Assembly: GCA_000175855.1 (NCBI GenBank)
Contig: ACYB01000035.1
Location: 390,001 to 422,000, forward strand
Source of the DNA: Raphidiopsis brookii D9
Lineage (GTDB): Bacteria > Cyanobacteriota > Cyanobacteriia > Cyanobacteriales > Nostocaceae
Direction: 5' to 3'
DNA length: 32,000 nt
The notes below the pieces were generated by a model, which ran no database searches, had not been told where the DNA came from, and saw only the letters and a program-made list of their open reading frames with translations. Positions 20,632-30,183 of this stretch are shown piece after piece (position 1 is the stretch's first letter; every line of letters starts with the position of its first letter). A program made the translations under genes and the position numbers.

Positions 20632-21828
20632 ATGAATTCAACAGCAAGATTAATCAATAAAGGGGATAGATCAATTGGGGTGGAGGTGATAGAAGTAATT
20701 TTTGAATTTCTTCTGGGGGAACTCCAGCAGTGCACCAAATCGACAGAAAAAAACTGTCGCAATATAGCAGTGCGAATTGCCAATGAAGTAATGAGAATTT
20801 GCAACGAAAGCAAACGCATTCAATCTTTCGGGGAAATAGAAAGCCCCGCCACTACCTTGGCCCGATATAGACTGCAACAGTGCTTGCGGTATTACCAACT
20901 AGGGTCTCATAGAGGTAGGGTAGAACTACAAAGTACCCTAAGTTCAATTGTATATAGATATATTAATCTACCCCAAAGGCAATTGAGCCATCAAGGGAGA
21001 ATGATTGCTATAGAGGACTTCCTGCAAAGTTTTTATTTGGAGTCTTTAAATGCCTTTCGCCGTGAGAATCAGCTACCACCTGACTATCGTCCTCAAACCC
21101 TCCTGGAGTTAGCAGAATATATGGCATTTACCGAACGGTATGCCAAACGCCGGATTCCATTACCCGGACGCCAGCAACAATTGATAATTTTAAGGGCACA
21201 GACCTTCTCCCAACAGCAACCGCTAGAAACTAGTGTTGATATTGAACAAGCTACCCAACCAAGTGGTGGTGAGTCTGATCGTTCGTGGGACGAACCTATA
21301 TTAACTGAATTGCGATCTGCTATGGCTATACAACGAGAGCCAGAAATTGAAGAGGGTAGTTTGCGCTCTGTGGTGATTACTGAATTAATGAATTATTTAG
21401 AGCAAAAACAGCAATTAGACTGTGCGGAGTATTTTTCATTGCGACTTCAGGACTTTTCAGCCCAGGAGATTGAATCAGTTTTGGGACTGACTCCACGTCA
21501 ACGAGATTACTTACAGCAACGATTCAAGTATCATCTAATGCGATTTTCTCTTTTGCATCGCTGGGAATTAGTACATGAATGGCTAGAAGCGTCACTACTA
21601 ACCAACTTAGGTCTAACACCCCATGAATGGGAATTATATATGCGGAGTTTAGATGAAAAGGATAGATATTTATTAGATTTAAAACATCAAGGAGGGTCTG
21701 ACCAAACAATAGCTAAAAACCTGGGATTATCTGTGGCCCAGCTGCAAAAACGGTGGTTCAAAATTTTAGAAAAAGCATGGGAAATTCGCAATTCATTTTC
21801 CGGATCCAGTCTATCTACTTATGAATAA
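20632..21828 (+). CDS. hetZ: HetZ / HetZ-related regulator family protein
   Basis: 398 aa. The block RYRLQQCLRYYQLGSHRGRVELQSTLSSIVYRYI matches my memory of the HetZ family. There is a C-terminal HTH-like segment (GGSDQTIAKNLGLSVAQLQKRWFKILEKAW). A PatU-like gene follows, as in the hetZ-patU cluster. The call is from memory and has not been checked by search. Confidence 0.55.
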   Translation: MNSTARLINKGDRSIGVEVIEVIFEFLLGELQQCTKSTEKNCRNIAVRIANEVMRICNESKRIQSFGEIESPATTLARYRLQQCLRYYQLGSHRGRVELQSTLSSIVYRYINLPQRQLSHQGRMIAIEDFLQSFYLESLNAFRRENQLPPDYRPQTLLELAEYMAFTERYAKRRIPLPGRQQQLIILRAQTFSQQQPLETSVDIEQATQPSGGESDRSWDEPILTELRSAMAIQREPEIEEGSLRSVVITELMNYLEQKQQLDCAEYFSLRLQDFSAQEIESVLGLTPRQRDYLQQRFKYHLMRFSLLHRWELVHEWLEASLLTNLGLTPHEWELYMRSLDEKDRYLLDLKHQGGSDQTIAKNLGLSVAQLQKRWFKILEKAWEIRNSFSGSSLSTYE

Positions 21829-22021
21829 GGACTTACAACCCATATAATACTGGTATCAAAGTCACTTTTTGGCAAATTTTGTCAAAGCGGCAAGAATCTC
21901 TCAGTGGAGTGTGGGAGAATTTATTGGGTAGAAGACCCCTGTGAAAAAGTTCCTACTTAGTAAAGTAGTAATCCATCATTAGGGGAAAAACCAACCTTTT
22001 CAATTAGGAGAAATTCCTACT

Positions 22022-22798
22022 GTGCAAGAACGTTTTCAAGTCGTCCTCAAGCGGCGATTACAAATCGAAATCCAAAACCGCCCACCTTTATTTCCTTGGG
22101 AAAGTCAATTAGCAGAGTATCCAGAAGTTGTCGAAGATCCCGGGATTGCTTTAATTCCCACCTGGGGGTGGTTGGCACAGCAATCTCAACTCAGTTTACC
22201 AATTCCCTTACCGGACAAGGTTTTTCAGCACTTGGTAGACAGGTGTCAATCACTAGTGACATCTTGTGTTCCATTGGGTCCTAAATTGATGCAGGCAGTG
22301 GCAGATATCTTTCCAGATGAGGATCAGTTAATTAGCGATCTAGCTGGATTAGTACTCAGAAGCTCCTATAGATCTGTAAGCACCTTAGAAACTCTACCTA
22401 GTATTGACAAAGACTATTCTAAATTGCAACCCCGCCAACAAGTGGCTTTGTCGCTCATAGCTGCTAAACAATTGTTGGAAAGTCTAACTTTATCCATTTC
22501 TCTTTCCAACCCAGTATTAGAACAACAGTGGCAAAGTTACGGCGGTACTCTAACTATTCAAGCACAACTCCTTTCCCTGGGTGCCACAATGAAGTTATGT
22601 GTTTATGGCCAGTTACCAACTCCAGGAACTTTCACAATTCAGGGAAATGGCACATCGGTAACTGTTTTCTCTAAGGAAGGTCACAAGGCTAGTTTAGAAT
22701 TAAACTGTCCCCGTGCCAACCAAACTTATGTCCTGGCAGTTGAATTTCCACAGGTGGAAACTCAGCCTTTGTTACTAGCAATTAATGTGACCGTATAG
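22022..22798 (+). CDS. patU: PatU-like protein (apparently unsplit patU5+patU3 equivalent)
   Basis: 258 aa with a GTG start preceded by AGGAG. The N-terminal RFQVVLKRRLQIEIQNRPPLFPWE resembles PatU N-termini as I recall them. It sits directly downstream of the hetZ-like gene. Confidence 0.45.
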   Translation: MQERFQVVLKRRLQIEIQNRPPLFPWESQLAEYPEVVEDPGIALIPTWGWLAQQSQLSLPIPLPDKVFQHLVDRCQSLVTSCVPLGPKLMQAVADIFPDEDQLISDLAGLVLRSSYRSVSTLETLPSIDKDYSKLQPRQQVALSLIAAKQLLESLTLSISLSNPVLEQQWQSYGGTLTIQAQLLSLGATMKLCVYGQLPTPGTFTIQGNGTSVTVFSKEGHKASLELNCPRANQTYVLAVEFPQVETQPLLLAINVTV

Positions 22799-22815
22799 TT
22801 TGAGAGTATTTACTT

Positions 22816-22846
22816 AGCTTCCCCGGCTGAGAAAAACGGGGAAGCT
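22816..22846. terminator. Bidirectional terminator hairpin between patU-like and pgk
   Basis: Perfect 10-bp stem AGCTTCCCCG-(11 nt)-CGGGGAAGCT. Confidence 0.55.
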
Positions 22847-22875
22847 TAAACCTAATTAGTTAGCTAAGCTGATAA

Positions 22876-24084
22876 TTAGGCTTCATCCAAAGCTGCAATA
22901 CCAGGTAGAACCGTACCTTCTAATAATTCCAAACTAGCACCGCCACCAGTGGAAATGTGGCTCATTTGGTCAGCTAAACCAACTTTTTCCACAGCAGCTA
23001 CGGAGTCACCACCACCAATAATTGTGGTGGCACCAGTTTTACCAATTTCTGCTAAAGTCTGGGCGATCGCTTCCGTACCTACAGCAAACTTGTCAAATTC
23101 AAACACACCCATAGGTCCGTTCCAGATAACAGTCTTGCAATCTGCCAAAGCATCCTGAAAGAGTTTAACTGACTTAGGTCCAATATCTAACCCCATGCGA
23201 TCATCAGGAATATTTTCAATGGAGACGGTAACAGCATCAGCATCGGGTGCGAATTTATCAGCTGCGACAATATCAGTAGGTAACAACAAAGTCACACCAC
23301 GTTCGGCTGCTTTCTTCTCTAGAGAACTAGCTAGTTCCAACTTGTCTTGTTCCACCAAGGACTTGCCCACATTTAGTCCCCGTGCTTTGTAGAAAGTGAA
23401 AATCATCCCTCCACCAATAATCAACTTATCGCACTTTTCCAACAGAGTTTCAATCACACCAATTTTGCTAGAAACCTTAGACCCACCAATAATAGCTGCC
23501 AAAGGACGTTGGGGAAACTCAATAGCAGCTTGCAGGTATTGTAACTCCTTTTCGACCAAATAACCAGCGACGGAAGGACTTAAATACTTGGTGACACCTT
23601 CAGTAGAAGCATGGGCCCGGTGAGCAGTACCAAACGCATCATTAACATAGAAATCAGCATTGGCGGCTAATTGGCGGGCAAACTCTGGATCATTTTTTTC
23701 CTCTTCTTTATGGAAGCGGACATTTTCTAGTAATAGCACTTGGCCTTGTTCTAAAGCTGCCACCCGAGCGGTGACATCATCACCAATACAGTCATTAGTT
23801 TTGATCACCTCTTGTCCTAAAAGTTCGGAAAGACGCTTGGCAACGGGAGTGAGACGAAACTTCTCATCCACACCCTTGGGGCGGCCAAAATGACTGGCTA
23901 AAATCACCTTAGCTCCCTTGCTGATTAAATCTTGAATGGTGGGGAGGGCGGCCCGAATGCGAGTGTCGTCGGTAATATTCCCTTGATCATCCACAGGTAC
24001 GTTAAAATCAACTCGTACCAAGGCACGTTTGTCAGAAATATCAGCAGCAGATAAACTTGCTAAACTTTTTTTTGACATAGCCAA
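22876..24084 (-). CDS. pgk: Phosphoglycerate kinase
   Basis: 402 aa. [15 protein letters not shown] and GGGDS motifs are present. Confidence 0.97.
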   Translation of the reverse strand: MAMSKKSLASLSAADISDKRALVRVDFNVPVDDQGNITDDTRIRAALPTIQDLISKGAKVILASHFGRPKGVDEKFRLTPVAKRLSELLGQEVIKTNDCIGDDVTARVAALEQGQVLLLENVRFHKEEEKNDPEFARQLAANADFYVNDAFGTAHRAHASTEGVTKYLSPSVAGYLVEKELQYLQAAIEFPQRPLAAIIGGSKVSSKIGVIETLLEKCDKLIIGGGMIFTFYKARGLNVGKSLVEQDKLELASSLEKKAAERGVTLLLPTDIVAADKFAPDADAVTVSIENIPDDRMGLDIGPKSVKLFQDALADCKTVIWNGPMGVFEFDKFAVGTEAIAQTLAEIGKTGATTIIGGGDSVAAVEKVGLADQMSHISTGGGASLELLEGTVLPGIAALDEA

Positions 24085-24166
24085 ACTCTCCTGATTCTGT
24101 TTTTGTTATTGTTTTGAAAGTATCACAATCTAGATTTTACCGGACTAAGGGGTATGGAGATAACTT

Positions 24167-24574
24167 ATGTTTAAAACTGTTCTATTTCCCATTGATGGCA
24201 GTCGAGAAGCGCGAGAAGCTGTGGACATAGTTGTAAATCTTGTCCAGCAGTATAATAGCCGCCTAGTAATTCTATCAGTAGTGGAACAAGTATCATCGGA
24301 GGAAACAAACGACACAGCAATGTCATCTCCAGAGTTGGTTGCCCGAATTTTACAGGAGGCCCAGAGTTTATTTTTTAACCATGGCATTAATTCAGAAGTG
24401 TTAGAAAAGCAGGGGAAAGCAGCTTTTACAATTTGTGATGTAGCAGATGAAGTAGGAGCAAATTTGATTGTAATGGGTTGTCGAGGTTTAGGTCTTACCC
24501 AAGAAGGTGCCCATGACAGTGTGACCACAAGAGTCATTAACCTCTCACCCTGTCCAGTTCTCGTTATCCCCTAG
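24167..24574 (+). CDS. Universal stress protein (UspA family)
   Basis: 135 aa. MFKTVLFPIDGS... and ...LIVMGCRGLG...GSVT..V are typical Usp blocks. Confidence 0.85.
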   Translation: MFKTVLFPIDGSREAREAVDIVVNLVQQYNSRLVILSVVEQVSSEETNDTAMSSPELVARILQEAQSLFFNHGINSEVLEKQGKAAFTICDVADEVGANLIVMGCRGLGLTQEGAHDSVTTRVINLSPCPVLVIP

Positions 24575-24688
24575 GAAATTGTAGATTTTGGATTTTTACC
24601 CCTCATGAAGTCTTCTCCCATTCTTGTAGGTTAAGATGGAAGAAACTTCAAGCTATCACATACATTCGCTCAGTTGAATACAAGTAAA

Positions 24689-25012
24689 ATGGGATTCTTT
24701 GACTCTGAGATAGTGCAACAAGAGGCCAAGCAGCTATTTGAAGATTATCAGGCACTAATTCAGCTTGGTAATAACTACGGCAAGTTTGACCGTGAAGGCA
24801 AAAAGCTGTTTATTGAACAAATGGAAAACATGATGGACCGTTACCGCATCTTTATGAAGCGGTTCGAGTTATCAGAGGATTTCATGGCACAAATGACAGT
24901 AGAACAACTAAAAACCCAGCTCAATCAATTTGGTGTGACCCCACAGCAAATGTTTGAGCAAATGCATCTGACTCTGGAGCGCATGAAAACCGAGCTAGAA
25001 AAACAGGTGTAG
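24689..25012 (+). CDS. DUF1825-family cyanobacterial protein
   Basis: MGFFDSEIVQQEAKQLFEDYQALIQLGNNYGKFDREGKKLFIEQME... matches my memory of the DUF1825 family. I moved the start from the track TTG (24674) to the ATG at 24689. Confidence 0.7.
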   Translation: MGFFDSEIVQQEAKQLFEDYQALIQLGNNYGKFDREGKKLFIEQMENMMDRYRIFMKRFELSEDFMAQMTVEQLKTQLNQFGVTPQQMFEQMHLTLERMKTELEKQV

Positions 25013-25037
25013 ATTTGTCAATAGTTGACAATTACTC

Positions 25038-26960
25038 CTAATTTGACTTGGGACGGGGAAACTGGGAAGGTGATTTAAAATTCTCCACTGGCACGTTTTC
25101 TAGGGCTTGCACCATAAAATCACGCCAGATAGGGGCAACCATTCCACCACCAGTCGCACCACTGGACAATTGCAGGTTATCATCCCTTCCCACCCACACG
25201 GCCGTTGTCAGTTGTGGCACCGTACCTACATACCAAATGTCTTTTTCTGAGGATGTTGTTCCTGTTTTCCCTGCTGATGGCCTATCCAATGCTGCTCCTT
25301 TACCTGTACCGCTGGTTACTACTGACCGCATAATGTCTATGGTAGCCGCTGATGCCCAAGAATCCAGAACTCTCTGAGGCTTAGGTGTGTTATCTAATAT
25401 AACATTACCGCTACTATCAGTAATACGCACTATTACTGTGGCTGGTGACTGCCACCCATAATTAGCAAAGGTGGCGTAGGCACTAGCTATTTCTAGTGGT
25501 GTAACCCCAATGGCACCAAGAGGTAGTGATGTTACTGGTTCCATAGGACTCTTAATACCCAAAATCTGACAGGTCTCCACGACTTTATTCATGCCTATGC
25601 TTTTGCCAAGTTTAATTACAGGAATGTTACGGGACTGGGCCAAGGCAGTGCGAATAGACATTAAACCACTAAAGCCACCATCATAGTTTCTTGGATAGTA
25701 CCAACCATTCCCATCCCGATAACTAACAGGAGCATCCAATATAGTGCTATCCGGTGTATACTTACCTGTAGCAAAGGCGGCATAGTAAACAAAAGGTTTA
25801 AAAGAAGAACCAGGTTGTCTTTGAGATTGAGTTGCGCGATTAAACTCACTTGCTTTTGCATCTACACCGCCAACTAAAGCTTTGACAAAGTGTGTGCGTG
25901 GATCTATAGCAACTAAAGCAATTTGGTTTTTCCGCAGTCCCTTGCCAAGCAAATCTTGGTGCCATCTACTTACAGTGGATTCTGCCATGATTTGGAACTT
26001 AGCATCAACGGTGGTTTGCACACGCATACCCCCTTTAAGCAGTGCATCTCGACCGAACCTTTTGACCAATTCCTGGGCCACAGTGTTGCTAATATAGGGT
26101 AGAGCGCTACCTTGAAAAGACCTAATTCGACCTAATGTAATTTTTTCATTAATTGCTTGGTCATATTCTTTAGAGGTAATCCAATCCAGTTCACGCATTC
26201 TACCCAAAACTTCTCTTTGTTTTTGTTTAGCCTTTTTCATGCTTACAAAAGGACTAAATTCTTCTGGAGCTTGAATTAAGCCAGCCATCATTGCTGACTC
26301 ACCCAGAGTTAAAAATTCTGCGGATTTGTTAAAATAGGTACGAGCTGCTGTTTGGGCACCATAATTATTATGACCCCAATAGACCTGATTGAGGTACATT
26401 TCCAAAATTTCATTTTTCCCTAGAATTTGTTCTAGACGAATGGCTAAGACCGCTTCAGCTATCTTACGGGTAAATGCTCGTTTATGGGACAAAAACAGGT
26501 TTTTGACCAACTGCATGGTGATGGTAGAGCCACCCTCTTTTACTCCACCAGCTACTAAGTTAACTACCAGGGCCCTTCCCACACCGGAGGGATTTATTCC
26601 ATGGTGACTATAAAAGTGACCATCTTCACTAGCAAGTACCGCACGTTTAAGATTAGGGGAAATCCTGTCCAGGGCGACAACTTGACGGTTAGCTTCACCA
26701 TGAATACTGGCTAAAAGCTTACCCTTAATATCATATATGAAGGTAGTTTCTGTAGGAGAGAAACTGCGTAACTGTCTAACATCTGGTAAATTGCGGAAAC
26801 TAATAGCCAATCCCACCAGGGATCCGGCTATAATAGAGCTGGATAGCAAAGTGACGGATAGTAGGGTTGCACCAGCTACTTGACCTACTCCTTTAAAAAA
26901 TTCAAAGCCAGGTGAAACTTGCCCTTGGGAGTTTTTGTTGGTAAAACTTCTAGAAGACAC
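25038..26960 (-). CDS. Class A penicillin-binding protein (PBP1A-type transglycosylase/transpeptidase)
   Basis: 640 aa. GT51 motifs EDGHFYSHHGINP and GGSTITMQL are present. Transpeptidase motifs SSFKP (SxxK), SRN and KTGTT are present. It has an N-terminal TM anchor and a GTG start. Confidence 0.92.
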   Translation of the reverse strand: MSSRSFTNKNSQGQVSPGFEFFKGVGQVAGATLLSVTLLSSSIIAGSLVGLAISFRNLPDVRQLRSFSPTETTFIYDIKGKLLASIHGEANRQVVALDRISPNLKRAVLASEDGHFYSHHGINPSGVGRALVVNLVAGGVKEGGSTITMQLVKNLFLSHKRAFTRKIAEAVLAIRLEQILGKNEILEMYLNQVYWGHNNYGAQTAARTYFNKSAEFLTLGESAMMAGLIQAPEEFSPFVSMKKAKQKQREVLGRMRELDWITSKEYDQAINEKITLGRIRSFQGSALPYISNTVAQELVKRFGRDALLKGGMRVQTTVDAKFQIMAESTVSRWHQDLLGKGLRKNQIALVAIDPRTHFVKALVGGVDAKASEFNRATQSQRQPGSSFKPFVYYAAFATGKYTPDSTILDAPVSYRDGNGWYYPRNYDGGFSGLMSIRTALAQSRNIPVIKLGKSIGMNKVVETCQILGIKSPMEPVTSLPLGAIGVTPLEIASAYATFANYGWQSPATVIVRITDSSGNVILDNTPKPQRVLDSWASAATIDIMRSVVTSGTGKGAALDRPSAGKTGTTSSEKDIWYVGTVPQLTTAVWVGRDDNLQLSSGATGGGMVAPIWRDFMVQALENVPVENFKSPSQFPRPKSN

Positions 26961-27073
26961 GGCGATTTTAATTCCTCACTAATAAATTTAAATGTAATTG
27001 ATGGAATGGGAAAAAGAGGTTAATTTTTTGCAATTATAGTAGTTTGGCACGATAGAAAATGACTGATTTGCCA

Positions 27074-27157
27074 GTAGATACCAATCTATGACAGTTCCAG
27101 AACGCCTATCCAGTGTTGATTAGACTTTGTTTATGGTGTTCTGGCTAAAGCTATAAT
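27074..27157 (+). repeat. Copy C of the ~90-nt conserved intergenic element with an embedded -10 box
   Basis: Block order is GTAGAT (27074-27079), CCAGAACGCCTATC (27097-27110), GGCTAAAGCTATAAT (27143-27157, including TATAAT). CCAGAACGCC can pair with GGTGTTCTGG (27135-27144). Confidence 0.55.
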
Positions 27158-27201
27158 TAATTTCTAGGGTGCTGTGGTCAATAGAAAACAGAATGTGTTA
27201 T

Positions 27202-28398
27202 ATGGTTAAAGATTTCTCCTGGTTGTATCGTGGTGTGGCGGAAATTTTTCCCCAATCCCATGATACTGATAGTGAAACTGAAAGTTTGGAAAAGCGTTTA
27301 TTAAATGCTGACCATCCTTTGCGAATTAAATTAGGTATTGATCCTACCGGTGCGGATATTCATCTAGGTCATAGTATACCAGTCAGAAAATTACGGGCTT
27401 TTCAAGATGCTGGTCATACTGCGGTTTTGATTATCGGTGATTTTACCGCTAGAATTGGCGACCCAACAGGTAAGTCAGATGTGCGTCGTCAACTGACAGA
27501 AGAGGATGTGTCCCAAAATGCCCAAACCTATCTTGAACAGGTAAGACCAATTTTAGACTTTGACACACCTGGGAGATTAGAGGTACATTATAATTCTCAA
27601 TGGCTTTCCGGTTTAGATTTAGCCAAAATCTTAGAGTTGCTTTCGACCATGACAGTGGGTCAGATGTTGGCTAAGGAAGGTTTTGCCGAACGTTATAAAA
27701 AAGAGAATCCTATTTTCCTTCATGAGTTCCTCTATCCTTTAATGCAGGGTTTTGATTCGGTGGCTATTAGATCTGATGTGGAATTGGGCGGTACTGATCA
27801 GAAGTTTAACATTGCAGTAGGTCGAGATTTACAACGGCATTTTGGTTTACGTCCTCAGTTTGGTTTACTATTGCCCATTTTAATTGGAACTGATGGTATT
27901 CAGAAAATGTCCAAGTCTCTGGGTAATTATGTGGGGTTGTCGGAACATCCCTCCCAAAAGTACCAGAAACTGCAAGGTGTTCCGGATCATTTGCTGACTC
28001 AGTATTTTGAATTACTCACGGATTTACCTTTAGATACTTTGCCAGATAATCCACGAGACCGCCAACAGTTCTTAGCTTGGGAAATTGTCCGCCAATATCA
28101 TGGTGAAATCCAGGCTAATCAGGCTCAGGAGGCGGCAAAAAGTAAGGGGAAGGAAGGTGTATTACCGGAGTTTTCTTTGGCTAATATAACTCAATTCCCT
28201 ACCAAATTAGCTCATATCCTCTCGGCTTCCGGTTTGTGCAAAAGCACAGGGGAAGGTAAAAGAAAAATTCAAGAAGGTGGTGTGCGCTTAGATGGTGAAA
28301 AGATTGCCGATATGGATTTGACCTTTTTTGGTCCGGGAGATTTATCTGGTAAAGTTTTACAAGTAGGTAAAAAGAACTTTGTTCGTATTGTTCCATAG
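27202..28398 (+). CDS. tyrS: Tyrosine--tRNA ligase
   Basis: HIGH-type motif (DIHLGH), KMSKS, and a C-terminal S4-like domain ([16 protein letters not shown]). The start is set at the ATG at 27202 (or 27193), because the putative -10 box at 27152-27157 leaves the track GTG at 27169 too close to the promoter. Confidence 0.9.
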   Translation: MVKDFSWLYRGVAEIFPQSHDTDSETESLEKRLLNADHPLRIKLGIDPTGADIHLGHSIPVRKLRAFQDAGHTAVLIIGDFTARIGDPTGKSDVRRQLTEEDVSQNAQTYLEQVRPILDFDTPGRLEVHYNSQWLSGLDLAKILELLSTMTVGQMLAKEGFAERYKKENPIFLHEFLYPLMQGFDSVAIRSDVELGGTDQKFNIAVGRDLQRHFGLRPQFGLLLPILIGTDGIQKMSKSLGNYVGLSEHPSQKYQKLQGVPDHLLTQYFELLTDLPLDTLPDNPRDRQQFLAWEIVRQYHGEIQANQAQEAAKSKGKEGVLPEFSLANITQFPTKLAHILSASGLCKSTGEGKRKIQEGGVRLDGEKIADMDLTFFGPGDLSGKVLQVGKKNFVRIVP

Positions 28399-28419
28399 TT
28401 ATCCCCATAAATCACAAAA

Positions 28420-29142
28420 ATGTCCATGATTGCCAGTGAACGGATTATTGTTCCCTTAGATGTGCCAACTTTAGACCAGGCGATCGCATTAATAGAATTG
28501 CTACCAGATGTGTCCTTTTGGAAGGTTGGTTTAGAATTATTTACCAGCGTTGGTCCGAGGATTCTGGATGTTTTAAAATCGCGCCAGAAGCGAGTTTTCC
28601 TGGATTTAAAGTTTCACGACATTCCTAACACAGTAGGGAGTGCTTGTCGTGTTGCTGGTACTTATGGGGTGGATTTGTTGACAATTCACGCAACTTGTGG
28701 TAGGGATTGTCTTAGGGGGGCGATGGACGCATTGTTACAAGGAGCAGTAACTGGCGGTACTGCACCACCAAAATTAATTGCCATTACCTTGTTGACTAGC
28801 ATTTCAGCACGAGATTTAGCTTTTGACTTAAAAATTCCCTTGGAATTGCCCGAATTCGCATTACAAATGGCACTCCTGGCTGAAAATGCTGGTTTAGATG
28901 GGGTAGTTTGTTCTCCCCAAGAGGTAGCACAACTGCGGGAAAGTTGTCGACCAGATTTTTTGTTGGTTTGTCCGGGAGTGCGTCCAGTGTGGGCCAATAA
29001 GGATGACCAAAAACGTTCTTTGTCTCCTGTGCAAGCTTTACAATCTGGTGCTGATTATTTAGTCATTGGCAGACCCATCACTGCTGCTGTTGATCCGTTG
29101 AGCGCCTGGGAAAAGATATGTGAGGAACTAGATGATTTGTAA
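28420..29142 (+). CDS. pyrF: Orotidine 5'-phosphate decarboxylase
   Basis: 240 aa. The VPLDV and [13 protein letters not shown] motifs are present. Confidence 0.92.
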   Translation: MSMIASERIIVPLDVPTLDQAIALIELLPDVSFWKVGLELFTSVGPRILDVLKSRQKRVFLDLKFHDIPNTVGSACRVAGTYGVDLLTIHATCGRDCLRGAMDALLQGAVTGGTAPPKLIAITLLTSISARDLAFDLKIPLELPEFALQMALLAENAGLDGVVCSPQEVAQLRESCRPDFLLVCPGVRPVWANKDDQKRSLSPVQALQSGADYLVIGRPITAAVDPLSAWEKICEELDDL

Positions 29143-29145
29143 TTA

Positions 29146-29748
29146 TTGGGAAGGTATCTGATTGTGAATAGACTATTTCTCCTACCTTATTCCTTTTATT
29201 ACTGCCTATTTGTTTTTTTACCTCCTACTTACGCTAAAAATACTGCCTATGAACCCATAAACTACTCATCCAAAACCAAATTTGCCACTTCTTGTTCTCA
29301 ACAGAATTGGGAAAATTTAACTACTCAGTTAATGCTTGATTTACCTAGTTATACCAATCGAGTGACCCAACGTTCTCGTCGTCTTGGTCTGAGTGTTGAT
29401 CTTTATCCCTATGTTATAGTAGCGGGTAGATCTGAGTTTAAATCTTTACCTTTAAGTCCTAATATTAATACGGATTCTGATTATGTATCGAAAGGTGTGG
29501 AACAGCTATTCTTTACCACATTAGAACGACAATATAGCAGGCAAAAATCAATGGAGTTACAACAGTTCCACTGGTTATTTGTGACCAAAACTCCATCAGG
29601 TTGGCGAGTGGTAATGATGTTTAGCCAAGCAGGTGACTATCCATTAAAATCAGTTATATCCCCACCTAGAAATAGTAGTGATGGAGCTATTGCGCAAGCT
29701 GTTAAATTGTGGTTACGAGACTGTCAAGCAGGAAGTTTAAGAAGTTGA
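29146..29748 (+). CDS. Hypothetical protein with an N-terminal signal/anchor sequence
   Basis: 200-aa ORF starting 3 nt after pyrF. The start is a TTG at 29146, with an alternative GTG at 29164. The N-terminus is hydrophobic and ends in YAK. No family that I recognise. Confidence 0.5.
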   Translation: MGRYLIVNRLFLLPYSFYYCLFVFLPPTYAKNTAYEPINYSSKTKFATSCSQQNWENLTTQLMLDLPSYTNRVTQRSRRLGLSVDLYPYVIVAGRSEFKSLPLSPNINTDSDYVSKGVEQLFFTTLERQYSRQKSMELQQFHWLFVTKTPSGWRVVMMFSQAGDYPLKSVISPPRNSSDGAIAQAVKLWLRDCQAGSLRS

Positions 29749-29832
29749 TATATTGTTAATATATTTTGCGTATTTTGCGATCGCCCAAAAATCGTGAACT
29801 AAGGACAGAACTTAGCTAGTTTTAGTTTTTTT

Positions 29833-30177
29833 ATGAGTAATCAAGAACGGATGGATAACATGGAAAACCAACTGATTGATATTAGACTAGCAGTGAGCGC
29901 ACTTCTAGAAACATCTGTTATATATCAGCGTAATTTTGAAGTGATGCAGCGTAACTTTGACAGTGTGGTTATAGAAATTAGAGAAATGCAATCAGAAATT
30001 AGGGAAATGCGATCAGACATTAGGGAAATGCAATCAGAAATTAGGGAAATGCAATCAGAAATTAGGGAGATACAATCAGAAGTAAGAGAAATACAACTGG
30101 ATGTGAGGGGTTTACAAACTGAAAATCGCCGCATTTTAGATGTTCTGCAAAATGTTCCACCAGATAAATATGAGTAA
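29833..30177 (+). CDS. Small coiled-coil protein built on heptad repeats (EIREMQS)n
   Basis: 114-aa ORF. The central 49 aa are seven in-frame 7-residue repeats encoded by the 21-bp tandem repeat. The overlapping antisense ORF (29925..30215) is a shadow of the repeat. Confidence 0.6.
   Translation: MSNQERMDNMENQLIDIRLAVSALLETSVIYQRNFEVMQRNFDSVVIEIREMQSEIREMRSDIREMQSEIREMQSEIREIQSEVREIQLDVRGLQTENRRILDVLQNVPPDKYE
29974..30120 (+). repeat. 21-bp tandem repeat, 7 units, in frame
   Basis: Units begin at 29974, 29995, 30016, 30037, 30058, 30079 and 30100. The consensus is GAAATTAGGGAAATGCAATCA. Units 1-5 differ by 0-2 nt, and units 6-7 are more diverged. Confidence 0.95.
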
Positions 30178-30183
30178 GTGGGC

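Noticed and set aside
24145-24537. A 130-aa antisense ORF almost fully overlapping the usp gene. Similar antisense or shadow ORFs occur at 1950..2186, 5932..6126, 6089..6301, 6854..7147, 7299..7517, 8182..8505, 12383..12694, 14207..14431, 14849..15133, 16342..16794, 17339..17809, 22949..23893, 25048..26607, 28686..28997, 29925..30403 and 31645..31842.
   Set aside because: Each lies inside or opposite a confidently identified gene and has low-complexity or biased composition. None has a recognisable motif.
25015-25031. The palindrome TTGTCAA-TAG-TTGACAA between the convergent DUF1825 and PBP1A genes
   Set aside because: A 7-bp AT-rich stem without a U-tract is too weak to call a terminator with any confidence.
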